DNA of 64,000 bases from a virus, in the IMG/VR virus record IMGVR_UViG_3300045988_167691. One strand, given 5' to 3'. Shown one piece after another: positions 28,174 through 37,145 of this stretch. The notes below the pieces were generated by a model that was not told the DNA's origin, did no database searches, and saw only the letters and a list, made by a program, of their open reading frames with translations. The position numbers and the translations under genes are program-made. Every line of letters begins with the position of its first letter. Position 1 is the first letter of the stretch.

Positions 28174-30246
28174 TCACACTCCCAATTTTATAAATTGACT
28201 GTTTCCATTTGCTTGTATCACATATTCCTCTTTAAACCTATCAAAAGAAACCTTTCCAGTAAGCAGTAAGATGTTCTTCTTGCAACTTTGGATATATTCT
28301 TCTTTATCCATATAGTCGGCAGGGAATATCACCACACGAAGGAATTTGTAGTTGTTTTCAAGTAGAAGGCTGGCAAATGCCCCTGTTTTTGACTCCTTTT
28401 CTTCCACTTCCAACACATATCCTCCCACCATTGCCATTTTATAAGTAGAACCGTCATAGTTCTGCAAATCGTCCACATCGTAATATTCCGCAGTCTTTGC
28501 TTTCGGACGAAGGTATTCCTCTACCAATTTCTTGTAATCAAAGAAAGCGAAACCGGACTTGTTTTTCTGTTGCAAAAGCCACCACCAATCCTTACCTATC
28601 TTGTTTTTGCTGAAAGCAATGCTGTATTCGTCCTTTTCCCTATCTATCTTGATACGGTTCTTTTCTCGATATTTCCCAAGCATATATTCCCTTGCAGAGA
28701 AGATATTGGAAAATCCCCTTGTTTCTTTTATATCGTCAAAAGCACCTGAATAAATAAGGTTTTCAACAGTGGACTTATTAACAGAAGAACCTTTAAAGGA
28801 ATGACGGTCTACAAACTCTTCCAAAGAAAAATACTCTCCATTCTTTTCCCGTTCCTCAATGATCTGCTGTTGTGCTTTTTCTCCGACTTGTTGAGTGGCA
28901 TTAAGTGCCCAGTAAACACTATTGCTCTTTTTATCACCTACGATACCAACATCAGATTTGTTGATATTGACAGGTTTGATTTCAATCCCTTCCGTTTGGT
29001 TCATCTCATTAATATAACGAGGAAAATCATCTTTACTTGCACGAGATAAGGCAACCGACCAAAACTCCAACGGATAATGTACTTTCAGCCACAAGGAATT
29101 GTAAGCGTTAATAGCGTAAGCAGCAGCGTGGGATTTATTGAACGCATACAAACCAAATTTTTTCATTTGTTCCCAAAGTGCTTCTGCATACTCCTTCGTC
29201 ACTCCTTTATCTTTAAATTTGTTTACATAACCATCAACAAATTTTGGATGAATTTTTTCAACCTTATCTTTCTTTTTCTTCGCAATAGCTGCACGAGTGC
29301 CGTCCGCTTCTTCTTCTGTAAATCCAGCAAGAGTTTGAACTGCTTTGATTATCTGTTCTTGATATGTCCAGGTAGAATAAGTATCTTTCAATATTTCTTC
29401 TGCGCCAATAGGATATTCAGGTTCTTTTTCTCCATTTTTCAATGCAATATAATCCATGTGAAAACCGTTTTCCATTGGCCCAGGACGAAACAAGGAGAGT
29501 GCAGCAATCACATCATCCATATTTTTAGGCTTCATTTTCTGCGTGTAAGAAGAAAGTCCCTTTGCAGAGAATTGGAATATGTCGCTAAGCCAACCGTTTG
29601 CAAAATAGCGGTACACTTCTGGATCATCATATTCTATATCTGTATAGAGATTGATCTTCTTTCCCGTATTCTTTTCTATCAAGACAAGAATATCGGTAAA
29701 TTTATCAAGCTGCTCGATTCCCAGAATATCTTCTTTCAAAAAGCCTGCCTCATCCATTTCTCCGCCTTCCCATTCGCTAACGACAAGATCGTCCACTTTT
29801 CTTACAGGACACCACTCGTACATTGTCTTTTCCTTTGGGAAAATCATCATGGCACAAGCATGAATGGAAGCTGCCTTTTGTTGCCCAAGAAGAAGGAAAA
29901 CGACATTCATCATTTCGGGATATTTGTTCACGAATTGTGCTATTTCTTCCTTTCTACAGGCAAGTCTTAGAAAATCTTCCTCCGTCTTCACATCTTCTAT
30001 CATTTTGGAAATTCTTCTAAGCGTAGGAATGGAAGCTCCATAAATCTTTCCTACGTCATTTATAGCTTGTTTTATCTGCAAGGTAGTGTATGTACCTACA
30101 GAACAAACCTGTGTTTCTCCAAAACGTTCTTCCATGTATTTTTTAACTGCCGGACGATACTCTCCCGGCACATCTGTATCAATGTCTAACTCTCCCCCTT
30201 GTCCGAAAACAAGGGGGTAATTAATCAGGGAGCGATCCAGACACAA
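28174..30246 (-). CDS. dnaE: DNA polymerase III alpha (DnaE), C-terminal fragment: end of PHP, palm, fingers, OB
   Basis: ELDIDTDV (PDxDxDF motif), SVGTYTTLQ, LFRPGPM and FNKSHAAAYA. The only in-frame start is a TTG. Confidence 0.8.
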   Translation of the reverse strand: MCLDRSLINYPLVFGQGGELDIDTDVPGEYRPAVKKYMEERFGETQVCSVGTYTTLQIKQAINDVGKIYGASIPTLRRISKMIEDVKTEEDFLRLACRKEEIAQFVNKYPEMMNVVFLLLGQQKAASIHACAMMIFPKEKTMYEWCPVRKVDDLVVSEWEGGEMDEAGFLKEDILGIEQLDKFTDILVLIEKNTGKKINLYTDIEYDDPEVYRYFANGWLSDIFQFSAKGLSSYTQKMKPKNMDDVIAALSLFRPGPMENGFHMDYIALKNGEKEPEYPIGAEEILKDTYSTWTYQEQIIKAVQTLAGFTEEEADGTRAAIAKKKKDKVEKIHPKFVDGYVNKFKDKGVTKEYAEALWEQMKKFGLYAFNKSHAAAYAINAYNSLWLKVHYPLEFWSVALSRASKDDFPRYINEMNQTEGIEIKPVNINKSDVGIVGDKKSNSVYWALNATQQVGEKAQQQIIEEREKNGEYFSLEEFVDRHSFKGSSVNKSTVENLIYSGAFDDIKETRGFSNIFSAREYMLGKYREKNRIKIDREKDEYSIAFSKNKIGKDWWWLLQQKNKSGFAFFDYKKLVEEYLRPKAKTAEYYDVDDLQNYDGSTYKMAMVGGYVLEVEEKESKTGAFASLLLENNYKFLRVVIFPADYMDKEEYIQSCKKNILLLTGKVSFDRFKEEYVIQANGNSQFIKLGV

Positions 30247-30254
30247 ATCGCTCC
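30194..30254 (-). other. two adjacent GC-rich hairpins at the 5' end of the DnaE C-fragment
   Basis: - sense GGAGCGAT-uuguguCUGG-ATCGCUCC (8 bp, with the TTG start in the loop) and CCCCCUUGU-uuucgg-ACAAGGGGG (9 bp). Confidence 0.8.
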
Positions 30255-30303
30255 ACTGTTATTTTTTTAAGTTCTTTAATTTTCATATTTTCTGTTCTAT
30301 CTA

Positions 30304-31854
30304 TTAAACCAATATATCGTCACCTACTTTTAAATTTTTGGTAGTAACATTGATAGGAAGAATCTTTTTAGTTCCATCTTCCAGTGTCACTTCGTAAACT
30401 TCCTGCTTTTCAAAGTGTCCCAAACGTCCTTTTGTCAAAAATCTTTCAAAAAGTAAGTTAAACTTCAAAGGATGCGTATTTATGATACCAAAAAGATAAG
30501 AAATTAGTGAACCTGATGCACTTCCACGACCGGCACCTAACAAAATGTTGTTTTCCTTACACCAATTTACAATATCTCTTAGAACCAAAAAATAATCAAT
30601 AACACCACCAAATTTAATAATGGATGATTCCCTTTCAATCCGTTCTACTAATACATCTTCCGAATAGTCTTCTAAAAGTTCCGGCTTATTCTCTATGCCT
30701 TCGTAGATAAGGGAATCAAACATATCTTCGTTGGATTCATACTTTTCTTTTTCCTCTTTTGTCATTTCGTACCGAGGAAGATGCCTGCTGTCAGTAGGAA
30801 TTTCAAAGTTGCAACTTTCTGCAATCATATCCATGTTTTCCCGTGCCTTTAAATAAAAGGCTTCCCCTACAGACTGATCCCCAAAAAGAGAAAGAAGCTC
30901 TTCCATATAGGTCACCTCATCCTTGAAATACTGATTGTAGGATTTATGGTTGACCTTCTTTCCTATCTTGTTTACAGTTTCCCTTAAAATGTAATATTCC
31001 GGTTCAATATAGAAGGCATCGCAAAGTGCTACAGGTTTCATTTTCGACTTGTAAAAGGCTTCAAAGTTTGTAAGGTATTCTGTATCTCTGTTGAACTTTG
31101 CATATTCCACTGTATCAGCTTGCCAAAATACGTTATGCTTGTTTCTTAAAAGAATAGGAACATCAGTATAATCAATTGTTTTTGGATCAAAAACAATAAA
31201 CACATCCTCCGTATGCTCCGATATGTCTTTAGGGGTTATGAATTTCCCGGAAGAATCACAATTGATTATTTTATTGATGGCAAGAAGATGCTGCCACCCC
31301 TTTTCGTTTTGGGCATAAATTTTGTAAGTGAACGAAATGTCTTTTTTTTCATCTTTTACAGGGACTTCCAACCCAAACACAGGAATGATCCCTACAGATT
31401 TGCAAGCATTCTGAAATTTCAATGCCCCTGCAAGTGTCCCTTTTTCCACTATACCAAGACGTTCGATTCCTAAGAATTTGGATTTCTTTACCCAATCGGA
31501 GTATAGGCTTGTTCCGTTCAGAAGCTCAAACGAACCATGTACACCCAAAAAATTGGAAGAAAGCCCTGTCACTTCGCTTTGCCCTCTCCATTTTACACGA
31601 TTCAGCTTAGGGTCACGTTCCTGTCCTTTCTCTATAGTGTACCATACGCCACCAAAACGAAAGACATATCCATCGTATTCGGTAGTTTCATTATCCCACC
31701 GGAAGTCTTCATCAAAGAAATATCCATCGTCATTCGAAGAAAAAAGCTCATATGTCTTTCCATCAAATGACACAGTATAGTTTTCCCTGTCAGAAGTGTA
31801 TTGTATTGTATTGGAAGAAAGATATTCTTCCAACTCGTTAAACAGATTTTCCAT
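30304..31854 (-). CDS. dnaE: DNA polymerase III alpha (DnaE), N-terminal fragment: PHP domain plus a 40-aa non-DnaE tail
   Basis: GVHGSFELLNG, IIPVFGLEV, GAGRGSASGSLISY and LLFERFLTKGR. This is followed by LGHFEKQEVYEVTLEDGTKKILPINVTTKNLKVGDDILV and a stop. Confidence 0.8.
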   Translation of the reverse strand: MENLFNELEEYLSSNTIQYTSDRENYTVSFDGKTYELFSSNDDGYFFDEDFRWDNETTEYDGYVFRFGGVWYTIEKGQERDPKLNRVKWRGQSEVTGLSSNFLGVHGSFELLNGTSLYSDWVKKSKFLGIERLGIVEKGTLAGALKFQNACKSVGIIPVFGLEVPVKDEKKDISFTYKIYAQNEKGWQHLLAINKIINCDSSGKFITPKDISEHTEDVFIVFDPKTIDYTDVPILLRNKHNVFWQADTVEYAKFNRDTEYLTNFEAFYKSKMKPVALCDAFYIEPEYYILRETVNKIGKKVNHKSYNQYFKDEVTYMEELLSLFGDQSVGEAFYLKARENMDMIAESCNFEIPTDSRHLPRYEMTKEEKEKYESNEDMFDSLIYEGIENKPELLEDYSEDVLVERIERESSIIKFGGVIDYFLVLRDIVNWCKENNILLGAGRGSASGSLISYLFGIINTHPLKFNLLFERFLTKGRLGHFEKQEVYEVTLEDGTKKILPINVTTKNLKVGDDILV

Positions 31855-31880
31855 ATTTCTTCTTTTCGTTTTTCTACCGG

Positions 31881-31888
31881 CAAATATA
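31881..31888 (-). promoter_or_regulatory. -7 box TATATTTG upstream of the dnaE N-fragment
   Basis: Exact TAnnTTTG, 26 nt upstream of the ATG, in an 82-nt gap. Confidence 0.3.
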
Positions 31889-31936
31889 CAACTACCGCAT
31901 ACAATAATTGAAGTTTTGCCGATTTTAACAATGAAT

Positions 31937-32485
31937 TTAACGTAAATTCATTCTTGTAGAAAGTACACCCTTTATGAACCTTACCCTATTAAAAGGAGTG
32001 TCATTTGGTATTACTTCGTAAGGCAACCTCTTGTCTATTAAAAATCTCCTTATCTCACTGTCCCATTTTCTTCTCCTGTTTTCATCGCTCAATCTTTCTC
32101 CATCACTTTCAACATTCCAATAGATAGGAAAATAAAAGATAACGGGAAGATAATATTCATTAAGACTTATCAAGTCTGACTGCCGCCTTAATTCATTATC
32201 TAACGAAATCGAATAGGGGAGTGTCCTTGTGAAAGTATGAACATCAATAACGCTTCTATCGGAAATATAGTTTTCACCGTGCAGCACTTCAAGATACTTG
32301 TCAAATATCGCCCTTTGACTGGGGACAGAATTAAAGGAAGGGTCTATTTCCCCTTCCTTTACAAGTTGTCTTGATATGCTGCCTATTTTGGCGAATCTGG
32401 CAAACGACCTATCCTTTTCGATAAGATCAAAAACAGATGTCTTTCCAACGCAAGAAGCTCCTAAAAAAGTAACAGCACGTACCAT
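31937..32485 (-). CDS. P-loop NTPase / nucleotide kinase-like protein
   Basis: FLGASCVGKTSV Walker A at the N-terminus, and kinase-like size. Confidence 0.45.
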   Translation of the reverse strand: MVRAVTFLGASCVGKTSVFDLIEKDRSFARFAKIGSISRQLVKEGEIDPSFNSVPSQRAIFDKYLEVLHGENYISDRSVIDVHTFTRTLPYSISLDNELRRQSDLISLNEYYLPVIFYFPIYWNVESDGERLSDENRRRKWDSEIRRFLIDKRLPYEVIPNDTPFNRVRFIKGVLSTRMNLR

Positions 32486-32490
32486 AATCG

Positions 32491-33033
32491 TTACCGGTTG
32501 TCACCGTCCCCATGTATTTTATTCTCGGCTTTTCTTTTAGCCAACTTTTCCACATTCCCCTTTGCAATAGACATTAAAGAATAGTCACCTTTGTCTCCTT
32601 CAATGTAAATGGCAAGGTTCTGCAAGCCTTGTAAAATTTGTTCCAAAGCCTTGTGACACGCCTCTTTTCTTTTTTTCGAGAATCCAGCTTTGTAATTATC
32701 ATCCCGGAAGAATTTCTTTACATGTCCGCTGATAATGCCTACTTGTTGTAGCAAATAAGAAGGGCTTAAACGATAAACATCCTCGTCATTCAGTTTTAAA
32801 ATGATTTCGGGAAATTCCAATTCCGGCAAATCAAGTTCCTGTCTTATCATGGCAACATACCAAAGGACATCTCCTATTTCCTTTATAATTTCCTTTGCTT
32901 CGGCTGCGCAATCTACTTTTTCATAAACTTCTGCCAGTTCATCGGTAAGACCCATTGTCACATACGGAATAGCTACCTCTTTTGGATAGCAAGCTGTTGA
33001 AGCTGCGTGAGCTTCATACTCTTTAAAATTCAT
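32491..33033 (-). CDS. mazG: MazG-like nucleotide pyrophosphohydrolase
   Basis: LTDELAEVYEK and EIGDVLWYVAM (E-x2-E ... E-x2-D motif). Confidence 0.65.
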   Translation of the reverse strand: MNFKEYEAHAASTACYPKEVAIPYVTMGLTDELAEVYEKVDCAAEAKEIIKEIGDVLWYVAMIRQELDLPELEFPEIILKLNDEDVYRLSPSYLLQQVGIISGHVKKFFRDDNYKAGFSKKRKEACHKALEQILQGLQNLAIYIEGDKGDYSLMSIAKGNVEKLAKRKAENKIHGDGDNR

Positions 33034-33054
33034 AGTTCGAAATAATTTATTGAT

Positions 33055-33543
33055 TTATAATAATTTACCATCAAAACACATCACAAGTTTCTGTATCTTG
33101 ATTTCTGAATATTTTACATTTTTCTTCTTTTTGCCTATCTGAATGCAAACCGTCTGATCCTTCATGTTGTTTCCCAATACAGAATATTCATTGTCTTTAT
33201 AAATGACAACCTGATTCTTCCCAAGCAAATGAACAACATCCCAATACCACTGTGAAGCACGCTTTTTATTATCATTACTATACTGGAAATTGGGAAGTCC
33301 GAAAGGATTCAAGAACTCGTTCTCATAAAAGTTCAAAAACTCTTCCGTTGACATAAAAATAGAAGATTTGAAGTGACGTTTGGAAAGAAGCTCTATCCTT
33401 TCCTTTTTGAACTCTGCTATATCAGAAGCCATCTTGACAAATTCAGGACGATCAAAAATAAGGCTTCTTACTTTGTTTGTAAGGTATTCCAGTTGAAGTA
33501 CCTTCAAATATTCGTCTACCGACAATTCTCTGCTTTTTTCCAT
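33055..33543 (-). CDS. hypothetical protein, 162 aa
   Basis: ORF. TAACTTTG box at 33563-33570 upstream. Confidence 0.5.
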   Translation of the reverse strand: MEKSRELSVDEYLKVLQLEYLTNKVRSLIFDRPEFVKMASDIAEFKKERIELLSKRHFKSSIFMSTEEFLNFYENEFLNPFGLPNFQYSNDNKKRASQWYWDVVHLLGKNQVVIYKDNEYSVLGNNMKDQTVCIQIGKKKKNVKYSEIKIQKLVMCFDGKLL

Positions 33544-33577
33544 GATGATATATGATTTTCGACAAAGTTAATTCTTA

Positions 33578-34582
33578 CTACCACAACTTTTTAATTTTAG
33601 ATACATAAAAATTAATAGGATCATAGAGATTGCTTAGCACATCGTCCAAATAATCTATATCCATATCTCCTGGATCAACCCCTGGCTTATAAAGATAGGC
33701 TATCTTTGTGTTGAATTTCTTTCCCAACATAAGTCCTGCGCTTTTCGATTCTTCCACAGTTGCATCATCATACATAAGGATCACATTCTTGATACCTTTT
33801 CTTTCCAAGTAGGAGATTTGTTCCTTGCTGATGCTATTTCCAAACGTAAAAACACATTTCAAACTGTTGCAATCCCAAAGCTGCAAAAGATTGTCTATTC
33901 CTACCTTGTCAAACAACCCTTCCACTATGATAACATCTTTGACCGAAGAAGAAAGCTCGTCAAAGCCTCCCAGTATCTTCGTGAAGTTCGTTCCTATGCT
34001 GTTTTCGTATCTTAAATGAGGCTTAGTTCCTGTTTCCTTTGCCCTTTCCAAATCCTTTTTATGCCATTCTTTAGAATACCTACTCCTTCCAAGCCATCCT
34101 ACCAGCTTACCATCCATCTTCACTTTGAAAATGATATAGTTTCGCAAGTTCTTTTCAAGAACGGAATTTGTTTCGGAAGGCTCAAAAAGATCGTAATGGC
34201 ATTTCTTAAAACCCCTTCCATCAAGATAACTGTCTGATAATATTCTTTTAAGACGGAAAGGAAGTTTCGGAATAGGAAGTTCTTCTTCCTCGTTTTCCTC
34301 TTTCTCATCTTTCAAAGGAGTAAGTTTTGTGCTTATGGAATTTTGATATTCCATCCGTATAAGGTCTTTTCTTCCTACCTTTTCCAGAAAATCCTTGAAA
34401 GATGTTTTTGTTCCACATTTCCAGCAATGGAAAACTCCCCCGTGCACATTTATCTTGACACCCCATTTCTTTTCCTTTCCACAATAAGGACAAGGCATCT
34501 CTTTATTTGAAAGCCACCCTTGCGAACCGAATATTCTAAGTCCGAACACAGCCTTTACTTCTTCTTCGTCAATCCGTATCAC
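33578..34582 (-). CDS. dnaG: DNA primase (zinc finger plus Toprim)
   Basis: CPYCGKEKKW...HCWKCG zinc ribbon, IIVEGLFDKVG (Toprim Glu) and ILMYDDATV (DxD). Confidence 0.75.
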   Translation of the reverse strand: MIRIDEEEVKAVFGLRIFGSQGWLSNKEMPCPYCGKEKKWGVKINVHGGVFHCWKCGTKTSFKDFLEKVGRKDLIRMEYQNSISTKLTPLKDEKEENEEEELPIPKLPFRLKRILSDSYLDGRGFKKCHYDLFEPSETNSVLEKNLRNYIIFKVKMDGKLVGWLGRSRYSKEWHKKDLERAKETGTKPHLRYENSIGTNFTKILGGFDELSSSVKDVIIVEGLFDKVGIDNLLQLWDCNSLKCVFTFGNSISKEQISYLERKGIKNVILMYDDATVEESKSAGLMLGKKFNTKIAYLYKPGVDPGDMDIDYLDDVLSNLYDPINFYVSKIKKLW

Positions 34583-34608
34583 ATCACTAAAATTTTAGGT
34601 TATTCTTT

Positions 34609-37134
34609 TTAAATGCTTTCCATCTTTTGTTCGTCAGACTTTTTCTTCCTTGCCGTCTTTTTCGCTTCCTTCCTTTCAGATATTTGGTTGTACATCTCCA
34701 TTGTCCGTCCCCTGTGATAGAACCTGCGCTTGTCATAATTGGTGGCAATCGTTATCACTTCTTGACTTTCTTTGTAGTCACGCAATTTGTCCACATAAAT
34801 ACGTGCCGTGCCGTTGGACTTTTCCTCTATTGTCATATTTAACGTGAACACAAAGGAAAAAGGTTTTACAAGTGTCTTGTCTCCTTCCGTATAGGAACGG
34901 TCTATTACTTTGTCAGGATTGTTCCATACTTCAAAAGGCACATCACTTGTTTGTGTTGCTGTGATAATAGGAGCTTCAATCTCGTCGGCAAGGTTCTTTA
35001 GAAGCTGCGCACAAGTCTGTAGCTTTTCTTTCTTATGATCGGGATCACTGTCTATCTTTTTGGAAATGCCGGTCTTTACCAAATCCAATGAATCCAAAAC
35101 TACCAACCCAGGAAAACGCCCGTGTGTATTGAAATAGTCGTAGCATAGCTGCCTTACATCGCTCATAGAAGCCTGTCCGAACTTCTTGAAACCGTACACC
35201 TCTATATCTGAACCGGCTTCTTTAATTTCTTCAATCGCCTTTTCGATCTTTTTCTTATCGTTGGGATCAATGTTGCCTGACTTGATATTGGAATAGGACT
35301 GGTTTGACCAAAGCTGATCATATATCTGCATACAGGCTTTAACGCCACCTTCCAATTGAATATGAAGAACCGGGACACCTCTAAGGGCAGCAGAATAGCC
35401 GTGCCATTTTAATACAGTCGTGTTGTGAGTAACGATAAAATCATTTGTAAGAAAAAGTCCTTCTTTTCCTGACACTTTTATGCACTGCATTTCTTTTATG
35501 CCAATATATTCAACGGACACAATTCTTCTTTCAACAAAATTCTTTTTCTTAGGATTTATCTCTCTTTCGTGTTTCCTTGAAAGATGAAATAAATCTAATC
35601 CTTTAGGAGGGGTGATTCTCAATCTATATCTGTATTTACAAATAACCCTTTCTCCTTTTTTGTTTACATAAGAAGCTCTTTTTGGTTCTGATATTTTACA
35701 CAAACATCCTAATGACCTTGCAATAAAAGTAGCGTCTTCTATTAATTGTTTAGAAGATAGAGAAAGTTCTATTTGTCCTGTTTTTTCAACATACCCGTCT
35801 GTATCTAAAAGCCCTCTAAGAACCTCTAATCGAACATTCTTATTGTTGAAAATATAATCTTTTGGAATAAACTTTTCGTGAGAAAGTTTCCCAAAAAGTC
35901 CGTATTTTTTTAAGTAATAATGAAAATTATGTTCACTTTCCCCTTTATTAATCCTATACGCATACCTTGCTACATATTTAAGGTATATCTGTTCTGGGAA
36001 CTTCAATTTTTCCATAATTTCATTGTCTGGCAACGTTACAGTTAAATTACCAGCTTTATCAGAAAAACTTCCATCGCCTAATAAAACGCCTAACGTATAA
36101 GGATCAATAAAAACTTCTTTTTCTCCTAAATCAACGCCTTCCACCAATGGTATAGAAAAACGAGGACGCGGATAAGAACCGTATCTTACAATATTGTTTT
36201 TAGTAAGATATTTTTGTCCGTTATGGTGTCCGCCAAATTTAATTCCTTTCTCCATCATTTCCGACAAAGGCATAGTTTCATAACCTTTTGAGTTGTGATA
36301 ATTATCCCATATCGTCCAAAGATGATCTTTGCTACAATCAACAAAACTTCCATCTGCAAAAGTTACTCGATACGCTTTCTTTCTTCCTTGAGGATATACG
36401 CCAACTATTGTTTGAGTACCGCCTTTTCTATCACAAATAATATCCCCTACCTTAGCATCTTTCATCAAAATATAACCAGTAGGAGTGAGAATTTTGCTGT
36501 CCAAAGTCAACGCTTTACCCGTACCACTGCGAGCAATCCAAAGCGTTGTGTCCCCTATTTCCATGCCACCGAAAGATACATCGTCCAACCTGTCGATTCC
36601 AAAAGGAATTTTTACTGGCTTTTCCGTTATCGTAGCAGCTTCCATGCGTCTTTCAATCATACGTTGCTGGAAACCCCCGAAAACAGACTGAAAACCCCCT
36701 GATTTGGAACGAAAAGACATCTCCACAATCCTTTGCGATTCTTCCGCGTTCACACGGATAGCTTCTTCCTTCTTTCCTTCTTCGTAAAGGTCATGTACCC
36801 TTTTGGAAAGAAGTTCGAACTCCGTCTCTTTCACAAACGATTGAAGTTGGTCTATTGCTATTTCTCTGTCTATCAGATTGGCTTTCTTTATTTCCTTTGC
36901 AGCATCCAACACAAAGTCATTATCAGAAAATTTTTGACAGATAGCACCAAGCGCGGGAAGCTTCCCCTTTTCTCTATATTGATCGACAGCTTCTCTTAGT
37001 ATGAATTTGTATCCAGACCATTCTTTAGGGATCAATTCATATTTCAGATGCTCCGATGCTATGCACATTATGACTTCATCCGAAAACATCAATTTAAATA
37101 TTTCGGACATAAAGCCAGGATTCAATTTATTCAC
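34609..37134 (-). CDS. dnaB: DnaB-type replicative helicase interrupted by an intein
   Basis: TTLWIARSGTGK-[intein]-TTVLKW Walker A and LVVLDSLDLV Walker B-like. RecA-fold C-terminal domain. Confidence 0.8.
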   Translation of the reverse strand: MNKLNPGFMSEIFKLMFSDEVIMCIASEHLKYELIPKEWSGYKFILREAVDQYREKGKLPALGAICQKFSDNDFVLDAAKEIKKANLIDREIAIDQLQSFVKETEFELLSKRVHDLYEEGKKEEAIRVNAEESQRIVEMSFRSKSGGFQSVFGGFQQRMIERRMEAATITEKPVKIPFGIDRLDDVSFGGMEIGDTTLWIARSGTGKALTLDSKILTPTGYILMKDAKVGDIICDRKGGTQTIVGVYPQGRKKAYRVTFADGSFVDCSKDHLWTIWDNYHNSKGYETMPLSEMMEKGIKFGGHHNGQKYLTKNNIVRYGSYPRPRFSIPLVEGVDLGEKEVFIDPYTLGVLLGDGSFSDKAGNLTVTLPDNEIMEKLKFPEQIYLKYVARYAYRINKGESEHNFHYYLKKYGLFGKLSHEKFIPKDYIFNNKNVRLEVLRGLLDTDGYVEKTGQIELSLSSKQLIEDATFIARSLGCLCKISEPKRASYVNKKGERVICKYRYRLRITPPKGLDLFHLSRKHEREINPKKKNFVERRIVSVEYIGIKEMQCIKVSGKEGLFLTNDFIVTHNTTVLKWHGYSAALRGVPVLHIQLEGGVKACMQIYDQLWSNQSYSNIKSGNIDPNDKKKIEKAIEEIKEAGSDIEVYGFKKFGQASMSDVRQLCYDYFNTHGRFPGLVVLDSLDLVKTGISKKIDSDPDHKKEKLQTCAQLLKNLADEIEAPIITATQTSDVPFEVWNNPDKVIDRSYTEGDKTLVKPFSFVFTLNMTIEEKSNGTARIYVDKLRDYKESQEVITIATNYDKRRFYHRGRTMEMYNQISERKEAKKTARKKKSDEQKMESI
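35422..36513 (-). mobile_element. class 3-type intein (364 aa) with a LAGLIDADG endonuclease, in the DnaB P-loop
   Basis: Starts ALTLDSKILTPTG. Block B is SKDHLW. LAGLIDADG motifs are LGVLLGDGS and LRGLLDTDGY. Block F is MQCIKV, and it ends IVTHN followed by T. Confidence 0.8.
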
Positions 37135-37145
37135 GATACCAAATT

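Noticed and set aside
21649-29970. Many 60-300-aa ORFs antisense to or overlapping the long genes (for example 29077-29970 +, 24545-25069 +, 26082-26378 -)
   Set aside because: They lie entirely within well-supported genes. They have low-complexity or Phe/Ser/Leu-rich composition typical of shadow frames of AT-rich coding DNA, and they show no motifs.
30247-30303. Stop-codon reassignment (TAG or TGA recoding, as in some gut phages) as the explanation for the in-frame break between the two dnaE halves
   Set aside because: The 58-nt gap contains TAA, TAG and TGA in the shared frame, so no single reassignment would help. All other long genes in the window are intact under the standard code.
30211-30309. 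T4 gene 60-style ribosomal bypass between matching GTT codons (take-off at 30307-30309, in-frame GTT at 30208-30210)
   Set aside because: The gap would be 96 nt, about twice the known bypass length. The landing site lies inside a strong hairpin, and the matching codon could easily be chance. It is kept only as a remote alternative under the dnaE finding.
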